The notes beneath the pieces were generated by a model, which saw only the letters and a list, made by a program, of their open reading frames with translations, did not search any database and had not been told where the DNA came from. A stretch of 64,000 bases of DNA, from the NCBI GenBank assembly GCA_964618505.1, contig CAZUBH010000009.1, forward strand, positions 9,508 through 73,507, written 5' to 3'. Shown piece by piece: positions 1 through 9,478 of this stretch. The number at the start of each line of letters is the position of its first letter. The stretch's first letter is position 1. A program made the translations under genes and the position numbers. This DNA comes from an uncultured Thermoplasmatales archaeon (GTDB taxonomy: Archaea; Thermoplasmatota; E2; DHVEG-1).

Positions 1-38
1 CTATTGCATCAGCAATTAAAAGAATTGCAAAATCCATT

Positions 39-1487
39 TTATTCTGCACCCCCAGTATCTAAAATATTAACTATTACAAAGACAATTAATGAAACGAGAA
101 GGCCGGGATATAGAGGCTCAATTCCCGCTATATAAACAGGCCACCCATCTATAGCATTAATAAATCCATGCAATACCCAAAAAAGTGCTGTTGAAGAGCC
201 GGAAATCATAGAAAGTATTGAAGCAAGTGAAGATTTTTTACCATTATAGAAAAAACCAAAAAGAATTGGCACTATCATTGCCGATATACCAATAGTTCCT
301 ATGTAATACCACATGTCTACAATAGAATCAAAGAATAGCGAAAGAACTACCGCAAAAGCAATAGATATAATTATTCCTATTTTTGTAATTTTAATAACTT
401 GTTTGTCTGTTGCATTTTTTCTAAAAACATTCCTATATAAATCATGAGAAATGTTCATTGCACCCATGAATGTAAAAGAATCTGCGGTACTCATAACTGT
501 AGCAATCAGACCTGTTAAAAATAAACCAAGAAATACGGGTGGCAGTAGAGCACCTGCAATTGATAAATATGATGTTAATGCTGACTCAACTTCAAGCAGT
601 CCAGCTTGATGTGCTGCAACAGCATAGATTCCTGTAAAAGTTGTACAAATATCAAATAAAAGCCAGAAGCCAATTGATACTAAAACACCTCTTTTAGGGA
701 TTTTATCATCCTTTGCTGCATAGCACCTTTGATAAAATCCTGGATCTGCAAGAGTCCAAAAAGCAATAAAGCCCCATACAAGAATCCATTGAGTAGTTTG
801 AGTACCTGTAAGAGTTAGATGTCTTGTGGTGTCTATATATCCTAGAGCCAAATCTGGATTGCTCAATGCTGATGAAAGAAAATCAAAGCCACCATAAGTA
901 AAAACAGCCATGGGGATTATCATTGCAACACCCATCATCATCAAAACAAACTGAATAACATCAGTGTAAATGACACCGATAAATCCGCCTCTTATAGTAT
1001 AAAAAATCATTACAAAAGCAACTAAAATAATTGTAATCCATAGCTCTATTCCAAACAAAAAGTTAAAAATTATTCCCAATGAAAGAATATATGGTGCAGG
1101 AGAAACCATTATAAAATTAAAAATTGCTCCTAAAAATCTAGATTTTTTATCATAAAATCGCTCAAGTTGATCAGGAATTGTATACAAATTTGATTTTCTT
1201 ATTCTATTTGCTAAAAAGAATGCAAAAAACAAATAAACTAAATACCAAAAAAACCCATTTACAATCCAATTGACAAAACCATATGAAAATGATAGTTCTC
1301 CAACGCCTAATAAACCGCCATACCAAGTGCTAACAAGAGTTGCAACAAAAATTGGTAAAGTTAGTCGTCTACCCGCCAAAAAGTAGTCATCAAGTCCATG
1401 AATTCTCCTTTTTACAAAATACCCTATAATAAAAAGAATTACAAAATATCCAAAAATTATTGATATATCCATAGGAGAAATGTTCAT
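39..1487 (-). CDS. Sodium:solute symporter (SSS family), possibly thiamine/precursor uptake
   Basis: 482 aa with ~13 hydrophobic helices; DYFLAGR, YTxxGGxxGVIYTDxIQ and MSTADS SSS motifs; last gene of the thiamine operon. Confidence 0.85.
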   Translation of the reverse strand: MNISPMDISIIFGYFVILFIIGYFVKRRIHGLDDYFLAGRRLTLPIFVATLVSTWYGGLLGVGELSFSYGFVNWIVNGFFWYLVYLFFAFFLANRIRKSNLYTIPDQLERFYDKKSRFLGAIFNFIMVSPAPYILSLGIIFNFLFGIELWITIILVAFVMIFYTIRGGFIGVIYTDVIQFVLMMMGVAMIIPMAVFTYGGFDFLSSALSNPDLALGYIDTTRHLTLTGTQTTQWILVWGFIAFWTLADPGFYQRCYAAKDDKIPKRGVLVSIGFWLLFDICTTFTGIYAVAAHQAGLLEVESALTSYLSIAGALLPPVFLGLFLTGLIATVMSTADSFTFMGAMNISHDLYRNVFRKNATDKQVIKITKIGIIISIAFAVVLSLFFDSIVDMWYYIGTIGISAMIVPILFGFFYNGKKSSLASILSMISGSSTALFWVLHGFINAIDGWPVYIAGIEPLYPGLLVSLIVFVIVNILDTGGAE

Positions 1488-1490
1488 ATT

Positions 1491-2123
1491 CTATTCCCTC
1501 GTTCTAATAACTAATAATTTTCCTTTTTTAAATTCAATTTTAGCATTATTTTCAACTATTTTGTTACTTATTCCAAACCAACCTAAAGATGTATTTTTAT
1601 TTTTAACATTCCATTTCATGCCTTTGTAATTTAAATCATAAACATCAGTTAAAGGAATTATAGATACAATTTCACTTTCAAAATCAGTTATTTCTTTAGA
1701 GCTATTTATCAGCTCCAAAGTATTTTTTTCATCGACAATTTTTGCTTTTATTTCTGAAGGTATTTGCATTAGAGAAAATATATTTGCAAGAGTATGATCG
1801 ATTCTGGACCCAATAGCTCCAATTATGATAATTTCCTCGGGCTTCAAGGATTTTGCTTTATCTAAAGCAAGTTCAAGATCTGTTTTATCTTTATTTGTAT
1901 CCTTGATAATCTTTGTTTTTTCATTCTTTTCAAAGAAACTCAGTGCTTCATAAGAGATAGAGTCCAAATCTCCAATTATGTAGTCTGGAAAAACATTAAT
2001 CTTATATGCAAAATTTGCACCGCCATCAGCGCATATAATCAAATCTGTACCCTCTAACAGATTTTTATTAAAATCTGGATTTCTTAGTGAGCCATTTGCT
2101 ATTATAGCTATTTTCTTATTCAT
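1491..2123 (-). CDS. thiN: Thiamine pyrophosphokinase
   Basis: ICADGGAN, IGDLDS, KDKTDLELAL and GSRIDHTLAN motifs. Confidence 0.93.
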   Translation of the reverse strand: MNKKIAIIANGSLRNPDFNKNLLEGTDLIICADGGANFAYKINVFPDYIIGDLDSISYEALSFFEKNEKTKIIKDTNKDKTDLELALDKAKSLKPEEIIIIGAIGSRIDHTLANIFSLMQIPSEIKAKIVDEKNTLELINSSKEITDFESEIVSIIPLTDVYDLNYKGMKWNVKNKNTSLGWFGISNKIVENNAKIEFKKGKLLVIRTRE

Positions 2124-2134
2124 TTTTATACCTG

Positions 2135-3151
2135 CTAAGTTCTTTTTCTAAAACATCTTGGATCATCACCATATATGTCATCTCCTTTGGCAAAAGATCT
2201 TGATCGGCATCCCCAACAATTGCCAGAAAGGGAGCATGTCCTACAGCTTTCTGAAACATTTTCTTTTAATTTCTTTAAAATCAATTCCTCTTTATTTTCA
2301 GTAATAATATCATAAAAAGAAGTGTTATCATGTATAGATGGTGAATTTTTTTTTCTAATGGTTGCACAAGGAGTAATACTTCCATCACACAAGACAGCAA
2401 CAGTAGCAGAACAATACTGTTTGTTTACACAATTCATTGGTAGCTGATTTACATTATATTGTTCAGCATATCTTTTGTGTACATTTGCAACTTCTAGTTT
2501 AGAAGGAATATATTTGCTAAGCTCTTTTTTTGAAATTTCTGGCCTTAGGTATGTATGATACACATTTAGAGAAGTTTTAATTCCAGAATCTTGAAAATAA
2601 TCTATAGTTTGAATCATATCATCAGAAGATTGAAGGCCTGTAAATGTCACTGAATTTAGTATTTTTGACGAAGGATATCCTATTTCAATTAGTTTTGAAA
2701 TCGAATTAAGTATATTTTTAAGATCGTCTTTAGATCTACCTGGATGAAGCATCTCATATGTTTTAGGATCAACTGAGGAGACATGAAAAGAAATTAACCC
2801 ATTGCTAGCATATTTTGCTGTCTTTTTTAGTATTGTATCATTTTTTAGTGGGAGTCCGCCAGTCCACACATTATTTCTAAATCCAAGCTTCATTGCATGT
2901 TCCATATGATTAAATATAGATCTTCTGAGGAGGGGTTCGCCGCCAAGCCATTCAATAGCAGAAATTCCAAGTTTTTTTGCATCAATAAGGATATTTGATA
3001 TCTGTTTATCAGATAATGTATTTGTTTCTTTTTCAACAGCATTCATATAACAATATATGCAACCTTGATAGCATAAATCTCCTACTTCTAATTGTAATGC
3101 ATAAATTCCGTCGTTTTGATAGGCCGCATTTAATTTTTCATAGTCAATCAT
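2135..3151 (-). CDS. Radical SAM / SPASM-domain protein
   Basis: CYQGCIYC (CxxxCxxC), GGEPLL, and a C-terminal Cys-rich SPASM region (DGSITPC...CRTC...CWGC). Confidence 0.9.
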   Translation of the reverse strand: MIDYEKLNAAYQNDGIYALQLEVGDLCYQGCIYCYMNAVEKETNTLSDKQISNILIDAKKLGISAIEWLGGEPLLRRSIFNHMEHAMKLGFRNNVWTGGLPLKNDTILKKTAKYASNGLISFHVSSVDPKTYEMLHPGRSKDDLKNILNSISKLIEIGYPSSKILNSVTFTGLQSSDDMIQTIDYFQDSGIKTSLNVYHTYLRPEISKKELSKYIPSKLEVANVHKRYAEQYNVNQLPMNCVNKQYCSATVAVLCDGSITPCATIRKKNSPSIHDNTSFYDIITENKEELILKKLKENVSESCRTCSLSGNCWGCRSRSFAKGDDIYGDDPRCFRKRT

Positions 3152-3939
3152 TTCTTAGTCTCATCTCTTAATTTTATTAATTTTTTTGAAATATCGGTAG
3201 CATTTTTACCTACAATATATGCACAGGGTTCAATTCCAAAATCTCCTTTATGAAGAAGAACATCGATGTTTTTTTCCTTAGATTTAATTTTGAAATCCTT
3301 TGTTAAAAAATCAAATTTTAAATTATATTTCTCATAATCTGAAATATATGCAATATTCATTATTGCATTTATATCAAGATTTTTTTGTAGATATATAAGC
3401 AAAGAAGAAAGGTGCCTGCTTTTTCCAAATCTTACTCCATTATTACTAGATATTTTACCATCAACAACTATTAGGCCATTTAAAAAAGCTGCAACATCAT
3501 CACTACTTTTTGCATTTTCTTTGGCCATAGCAATGTTTATTTTTACTTCAGGGACTAAATCATCAATATTGACATCTTTTAGTGAGAAATAGGCTTCCAT
3601 TAAATTGTCAGATATGTTCTTATTTTCATCAGTAATAATTTCATTTCTATCACCTATAAAATAAATTCCTTCGTCTAAAACATCTGAAAATAGTATACTT
3701 GTATAAAACCTAGGTTTTAAGCCATTTAAAATTTTTTTGGAAATTTTTCTGGCCATATCATTTATATTCTCAGGAATTGCTGTTTTTGAAGAGCAATAAT
3801 TACTAACCATTGGTTGTGATATTTCAAGTATTTCAGATATTTTTGATTGATCTACACCCCCATTATATAAATTTACAGCTATGGCTCTTTTTAAAAGCAC
3901 AGTATTTTTACCGGATAGTAAAATAGCCTCCTCAGACAT
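3148..3939 (-). CDS. HTH + ThiN(thiamine-phosphate synthase)-domain protein, ThiR-like regulator
   Basis: N-terminal HTH (QSKISEILEISQPMVSNY); GKSRHL and GDFGIEP motifs of the ThiN domain; operon context. Confidence 0.75.
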   Translation of the reverse strand: MSEEAILLSGKNTVLLKRAIAVNLYNGGVDQSKISEILEISQPMVSNYCSSKTAIPENINDMARKISKKILNGLKPRFYTSILFSDVLDEGIYFIGDRNEIITDENKNISDNLMEAYFSLKDVNIDDLVPEVKINIAMAKENAKSSDDVAAFLNGLIVVDGKISSNNGVRFGKSRHLSSLLIYLQKNLDINAIMNIAYISDYEKYNLKFDFLTKDFKIKSKEKNIDVLLHKGDFGIEPCAYIVGKNATDISKKLIKLRDETKK

Positions 3940-3947
3940 ATTAACTG

Positions 3948-3972
3948 TTAATAGAATTGTATAATCTATTAA
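3948..3972. promoter_or_regulatory. Candidate operator palindrome TTAATAGA-N9-TCTATTAA
   Basis: Perfect 8-bp arms just upstream of the ThiR-like start codon at 3939; the AT-rich background weakens significance. Confidence 0.35.
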
Positions 3973-4032
3973 TAATTCTTTCTAAATATTTTACCGCTAA
4001 CAATTTAAACAATAAAATATTGTAAATTATCG

Positions 4033-4467
4033 TTGTTAAAAATTAGAGAAGTACAATCCGAGGACATCTATTCGATTTTAAAACTAGCCTATGAAACTTT
4101 ACCAGAGCGATATAATCCGTTGATATTCAATCATTTCTACGAATATTTCAGAAATAGCTTTTTAGTTGCAGAAAAAAACCACAAGATAATTGGTTTTTTA
4201 ATTGGAATAATAACAAATAATTTTGCTAAAATATTAATGATATCAATCAATGTTGATTATAGAAAACAAGGAGTTGCAACTATTTTACTTAACAAATTTT
4301 TTGAACAAATGATATCTAAAAATATCAATATAATTGAACTAGAAACAAGAGTTGACAACACTGCCGCAATATCATTTTATAAAAAACATGGATTTAAGGA
4401 AATTGAAAAAATAAAAAATTTTTATCAAAATGGAGAGGACGCCATATTATTAAAAAAAAAATTATGA
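4033..4467 (+). CDS. rimI: RimI/Ard1-like GNAT N-acetyltransferase
   Basis: YRKQGVA, LETRVDNTAAISFYKKHGF and FYQNGEDA motifs. Confidence 0.88.
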   Translation: MLKIREVQSEDIYSILKLAYETLPERYNPLIFNHFYEYFRNSFLVAEKNHKIIGFLIGIITNNFAKILMISINVDYRKQGVATILLNKFFEQMISKNINIIELETRVDNTAAISFYKKHGFKEIEKIKNFYQNGEDAILLKKKL

Positions 4468-4767
4468 TTTTGCGATTTCCTTTTCTTTTTCAGTCATGAA
4501 CCTTAGGGCCATTTGATCGAGTCTATCTGCTACCTTATTGAGCCCAGATTCTCCATTGTTTGAAGAAAGCAGCCCAGCTATATCTTTGCTTAAGGTAAAG
4601 ACTGCAAGCTTGTGTTCTCTTTTTGATTTGTGAATTTGATAAGGCGTTATTTCCAATTTTTCATAACGGAGACTTATCTGACTGCCATTCTCTTTACAAA
4701 TATCCTCAAGCTGCGTTCTTATTTGGTATAAAAACGTGTGAAGTTGTATCAGTTCATCCTTCTGCAT
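4462..4767 (-). CDS. UPF0058 family protein
   Basis: MQKDELIQLH...ITPYQIHKSKREHKLAVF pattern. Confidence 0.8.
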   Translation of the reverse strand: MQKDELIQLHTFLYQIRTQLEDICKENGSQISLRYEKLEITPYQIHKSKREHKLAVFTLSKDIAGLLSSNNGESGLNKVADRLDQMALRFMTEKEKEIAKS

Positions 4768-4861
4768 TATAATAGCCCACCATTTTCTTAATAGTATAAA
4801 GACTTTTTATATTTTTTCTAAGCTTAATGTTTTACTTTGTAAATATTTGATGTTATATTGA

Positions 4862-6106
4862 TCATTGAAAATCTGATTTTGTAAGAACTTTAACAGATTT
4901 TGGCATTTTAACTACATTACCTAATTTTATACCTACAATTTCTTTTACATTTTTATTGTTTGCAATATCTAAAAGCCTTTGTGTGATTATGCCATCAAAC
5001 ACTATAGCAGAAACTTTATCTCCTTTTTTGATTTCATCTGTCAACTCCCTCACCGGTATCTTCTTGAGTTCTTTTCCATTTGTATCTAGTAATACTGCTT
5101 TTAAGGAACCGCCAATTTCCTCTAATATTTTTTCATAATTCTTTTGAATGTCAGAAATTATTTTTTCATCATCTTGTTCCTGCTTTTTAGATTTGTCTTT
5201 TCTTTTTGAAAAAATTTCTTTTTTTGGTTTTTGTTGCTTGTCATTTTTTCCATTTTCATTTAATTTATTAAGTTTTATATTAAACATATCCATATACTGT
5301 TCTTTAGGGATTTTATTTTTCAAAGATTTCATTATAAGTTTTTGTGGAATTTCTTCTACTTCTCTAGTTTGTGGAGCTCTTGCAACAAAATCAACGTCAG
5401 CAACTTGTAGTAGTTCTCGAAGTATTAATTCTCCACCTCTATCTCCATCAACAAAAACTGTTGTAATCTTTTCTTTGCTCAAGTCTTTTACTGTTTTTGG
5501 TATATTTGTTCCACCCACAGCAATAACATTCTTAATTCCATATTTTAAAAGATTTAGAACATCTCTTCGGCCTTCTACAATTATAATTGCATCACTGTTT
5601 TCTATATTTGGCCCAGCAGGACAATGATCTTGACCATAGTTTGTGATTTCTTCTACTTGAACTGCCTGACGAACGTTATCTGCAATGCTTTCGCCTTCTA
5701 GTTTTCCTTTTTCCAAGACTTCATTTAAAAGACTTTTTGCCCTTTCAATAACTTGTTTTCTCCTAGAAACTCTAACATCTTCTACCTCATCTACTTTAAT
5801 AGTTGCTTTACAGGGACCAACTCTATCTATGCTCTCAAATGCTGCGGCCAAAATCACTGTTTCTACTTTATCAAGAGATGTAGGTAGGGTTATTACACCA
5901 TTACTTTTTCCATTCTTTGATTCTAGTTCTACTTCTATTCTTCCGACTCGTGCTGATCTCTGAAGCTCTCTAAGGTCTAATTCGTCACCTAAAAGGCCTT
6001 CAGTTTGACCAAAAATTGCACCGACAACATCAGATTTTTCAATGATGCCATCTGCTTTAATGTTAGCTTTAATCATATATTTTGTAGTTGAAGGATCAAT
6101 TACCAT
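4862..6106 (-). CDS. dnaG: Archaeal DnaG primase/exosome-associated protein (start revised to ATG 6106)
   Basis: VEKSDVVGAIFGQTEG, TOPRIM motifs IIVEGRRDV and FVDGDRGG; GAGGTGA SD upstream of 6106. Confidence 0.95.
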   Translation of the reverse strand: MVIDPSTTKYMIKANIKADGIIEKSDVVGAIFGQTEGLLGDELDLRELQRSARVGRIEVELESKNGKSNGVITLPTSLDKVETVILAAAFESIDRVGPCKATIKVDEVEDVRVSRRKQVIERAKSLLNEVLEKGKLEGESIADNVRQAVQVEEITNYGQDHCPAGPNIENSDAIIIVEGRRDVLNLLKYGIKNVIAVGGTNIPKTVKDLSKEKITTVFVDGDRGGELILRELLQVADVDFVARAPQTREVEEIPQKLIMKSLKNKIPKEQYMDMFNIKLNKLNENGKNDKQQKPKKEIFSKRKDKSKKQEQDDEKIISDIQKNYEKILEEIGGSLKAVLLDTNGKELKKIPVRELTDEIKKGDKVSAIVFDGIITQRLLDIANNKNVKEIVGIKLGNVVKMPKSVKVLTKSDFQ

Positions 6107-6356
6107 TATATTCACCTCGTTTGTAACAACTTTATGAAAAACAGCACCCATCATTTGCAACTAATGCAAATTATAGGCGTTTTAGCTCCTTACCTCAATT
6201 GAATTTGAATATTATTTAAAGATGATATTATTTAATCCTAATATGAGAGTGTAATATATTTAAGCGCTATTTCTCATTAAGTTGAACTTTTAATATTAAC
6301 ATACAAGTTTTGCGTCATATTTAAATGTTGTGCTTATAATTCCCCCTCTTGATTTA

Positions 6357-8486
6357 ATGAGTGAAAAAATATTCATTGGAGTTGCCTGGCCGTATGCTAA
6401 TGGATCTTTACATCTAGGCCATATAGCAGGATGTTATCTTCCAGCAGACATCTTTGCAAGATACAACCGTTTAATTGGAAACGATGTTTTAATGGTTTCT
6501 GGTAGTGATGAACATGGTACTCCAATTACAATCACCGCTGAAAAAGAAAATGTAACCCCTCAAGACATAGTAGACAAATATAATAAAGAACACACTGAAA
6601 ATATGAAAAATCTAGGTATCTCTTTTGATTTATTTACTAGGACTACAACAAAAAACCATGAAGAAGTTGTGAAAGACGTTTTCTTATCCTTATATAATAA
6701 AAAATTCATTTATAAAAAAACCATTGACTCTTATTATTGCAAAGACTGTGAAAGATATTTGCCAGATAGATATATAGAAGGCGAGTGTCCTCATTGTAAG
6801 TGTATTGATGCAAGAGGAGATCAATGCGATAATTGCGGAAAGTTAATAGATTCAGGAGAACTTAAAAAAGTTAGATGTAAATTATGTGGTGGAACGCCGG
6901 TTTTACAAAAAACAAATCATCTTTTTTTCTCATTGAGTAAATTCGAAGATAAACTCATCAAGTGGATCGAAGAAAAAAAACATTGGAAGGCAAATGTAAA
7001 AAAATTTACACACAATTGGTTAATAGGAGGATTAATTGATAGAGCAGTCACAAGAGATTTAAGTTGGGGAATACCAGTTCCAATTAAAGATTTTGAAGAT
7101 AAACGCATCTATGTTTGGTTTGATGCTGTTATTGGTTATCTAGCAGCTAGTAAGCAATGGGCAAATATCAAAGGTGACCCAAATAAGTGGCAAGATTGGT
7201 GGAAAAGTAAAGACGCAAAGCATTATTATTTTTTAGCAAAAGACAATATTCCTTTTCACTCAATAATTTGGCCCTCAATTTTAATGGGTTATGATGAAGA
7301 TTTAAACCTACCTCACGACATTCCTGCAAATGAATACCTATGTTTAAGCGGGGAACAATTTTCTAAAAGTAGATGTGTTGCAGTTTGGGTTCCAGATATA
7401 CTTGAAGAATTTGATACAGATGCCATTAGATATTATCTATCAATTAATATGCCTGAAAATAAAGATTCTAATTGGATATGGGCAGATTTTGTTGCAAAAA
7501 ATAACGATGAACTTGTTGGAGCTTATGGAAACTTTGTTCACAGAGTTATAACATTTACTAGTAAAAATTATGGTGAAATACCTAAAAGAGGAATGTTAAA
7601 TGATTTGGATAATGAAGTCCTAAGAAAAATTGAAGAAACAGGCAAAGAAGTTGGAAATTTTATTAGTAATTGTAACTTTAAAAAAGGTTTGAGAGCAGTA
7701 ATGGATCTTGCAAAATTTGGGAACTTTTATTTTGATCAAAACCAACCATGGGCTATTGTAAAAGAGCAAAGAGAACGATGTGCAACAGTGCTAAATATAT
7801 GTTTAAAAATTGTTCAAGCATTAGCAGTTTTCTCAAAACCATATATGCCATTTTCATCAAATAAAATCTGGAATATGATTGGATTTAAAGATTCAATTAA
7901 AAGTTGGGAAAGTGTAAAACTTGATTTAAATGAAGGTTTCTCTTTAGATAAACCAAAACCTTTGTTTAAAAAATTAGAATTGGATTGTATAGTTAAAGAT
8001 TCAGATCCGTTTTCTAAGCTTGATTTAAGAGTTGCTAAAATAGAAAAAGTAAGTGATCATCCAGATGCAGATAAATTATACGTTCTAGATCTAGATGTTG
8101 GACCTTTAGGAAAAAGAACTATTGTGGCAGGTATGAAACCATATTATTCAAAAGTGGAAATGTTGAATAAGTCAATAATAATTGTTACAAATCTAAAACC
8201 TGCAAAGATTAGAGGAGTTAAGTCCAGTGGAATGCTTCTCGCAGCAGAAGATGAAAATGGGAATTGCTCACTATTAAATCCAAAGGATGCAAATCCTGGA
8301 TGTGAAATATATATAGAGGGAATTGCAAGAGAACCTTCAAAAGTTTTAGAATTTGAAGATTTTTTAAAAGTAAAAATGGAAATAGATGAGAAACAAAGAG
8401 CAATATACAATGGAAAAACACTTAAAAGTAAGTTTAATTTGGTTGTAACAGACAAAAAAATTAAAAAAGGAACTAAAGTTAGATAG
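6357..8486 (+). CDS. metG: Methionyl-tRNA synthetase with C-terminal tRNA-binding domain
   Basis: PYANGSLHLGH (HIGH), Zn knuckle, FSKS (KMSKS-like), C-terminal OB domain (HPDADKLY, GVKSSGMLL). Confidence 0.97.
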   Translation: MSEKIFIGVAWPYANGSLHLGHIAGCYLPADIFARYNRLIGNDVLMVSGSDEHGTPITITAEKENVTPQDIVDKYNKEHTENMKNLGISFDLFTRTTTKNHEEVVKDVFLSLYNKKFIYKKTIDSYYCKDCERYLPDRYIEGECPHCKCIDARGDQCDNCGKLIDSGELKKVRCKLCGGTPVLQKTNHLFFSLSKFEDKLIKWIEEKKHWKANVKKFTHNWLIGGLIDRAVTRDLSWGIPVPIKDFEDKRIYVWFDAVIGYLAASKQWANIKGDPNKWQDWWKSKDAKHYYFLAKDNIPFHSIIWPSILMGYDEDLNLPHDIPANEYLCLSGEQFSKSRCVAVWVPDILEEFDTDAIRYYLSINMPENKDSNWIWADFVAKNNDELVGAYGNFVHRVITFTSKNYGEIPKRGMLNDLDNEVLRKIEETGKEVGNFISNCNFKKGLRAVMDLAKFGNFYFDQNQPWAIVKEQRERCATVLNICLKIVQALAVFSKPYMPFSSNKIWNMIGFKDSIKSWESVKLDLNEGFSLDKPKPLFKKLELDCIVKDSDPFSKLDLRVAKIEKVSDHPDADKLYVLDLDVGPLGKRTIVAGMKPYYSKVEMLNKSIIIVTNLKPAKIRGVKSSGMLLAAEDENGNCSLLNPKDANPGCEIYIEGIAREPSKVLEFEDFLKVKMEIDEKQRAIYNGKTLKSKFNLVVTDKKIKKGTKVR

Positions 8487-8507
8487 ATAAAATAGGGGAG
8501 AAATATT

Positions 8508-9401
8508 ATGATTTCAAAAACAATTATAGATACAAAGCTACCGATAAAAAGAATAAATAAAGGAAAAGTTAGAGATATATATGAAATAGGGAACAATTTA
8601 CTAATAGTTGTAACAGATAGAATTTCTGCTTTTGACTATGTTTTACCAAATCCAATACCTGCAAAAGGCGTTTGTTTAACTCAATTATCCAAATTTTGGT
8701 TTGACTATACTAAAAATATCGTTCCAAACCATATGATTTCTATTAAAATTGAAGATTTTCCAGAAGAATTACATAATTACAATGAACAGTTATTAAATAG
8801 AAGTATGCTAGTTAAAAAAACTAAAGTCATACCAATTGAATGTATTGTTCGAGGTTATATTTCAGGATCTGCTTGGAAATCTTACCAAAAAGATGGAACT
8901 GTTTGTGGAATAAAACCAAGAGAAGGATTGAAAGAATCTGATAAATTCGATGAGCCTCTTTTTACGCCATCAACAAAAGCAGATACAGGTCATGACATAA
9001 ATATTTCATATGAGAAGATGCAAGAGATCATTGGCAAAGAATCTTCTGAAAAGCTTAAAGAATATTCTTTAAAGTTATACAATACTGCTGCTGAATATGC
9101 TTCAAAAAAAGGAATTATAATTGCTGATACAAAATTTGAATTTGGAATATTTAATGATGAAATTATTCTTATAGATGAAGCATTAACTCCTGATTCATCA
9201 AGATTTTGGCCTGCTGATAAATATGAGCCTGGCAAATCACAGCCAAGTTTTGATAAACAATTTGTGCGAGATTATTTAAATACCACTAATTGGGATAAAA
9301 ATTCATCCCCGCCTGAACTACCATTAGAAGTAATAAAAGGAACGACAAACAAATACAAAGAAGCTTACAAAAAGATTACAGGGACGCCTTTTTCTTTTTA
9401 A
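8508..9401 (+). CDS. purC: SAICAR synthase
   Basis: GKVRDIY, TDRISAFD, IADTKFEFG, TPDSSRFW and FDKQFVRD motifs. Confidence 0.97.
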   Translation: MISKTIIDTKLPIKRINKGKVRDIYEIGNNLLIVVTDRISAFDYVLPNPIPAKGVCLTQLSKFWFDYTKNIVPNHMISIKIEDFPEELHNYNEQLLNRSMLVKKTKVIPIECIVRGYISGSAWKSYQKDGTVCGIKPREGLKESDKFDEPLFTPSTKADTGHDINISYEKMQEIIGKESSEKLKEYSLKLYNTAAEYASKKGIIIADTKFEFGIFNDEIILIDEALTPDSSRFWPADKYEPGKSQPSFDKQFVRDYLNTTNWDKNSSPPELPLEVIKGTTNKYKEAYKKITGTPFSF

Positions 9402-9478
9402 TTTTTATAAAGCAATACACAAAATAAGAAGTATTATATACAATATATTCAGATTATATAGATTGAAAGGGGGAAATT

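Noticed and set aside
4956-5963. Antisense ORFs within dnaG (similar ones occur in metG, meaB, C25 and other genes)
   Set aside because: Shadow frames opposite well-supported genes, with Phe/Ser/Ile-rich composition and no motifs.
6107-6160. N-terminal extension of dnaG in the ORF track (similarly 41858, 43302 and 60471)
   Set aside because: SD position and family N-termini favour downstream ATGs.
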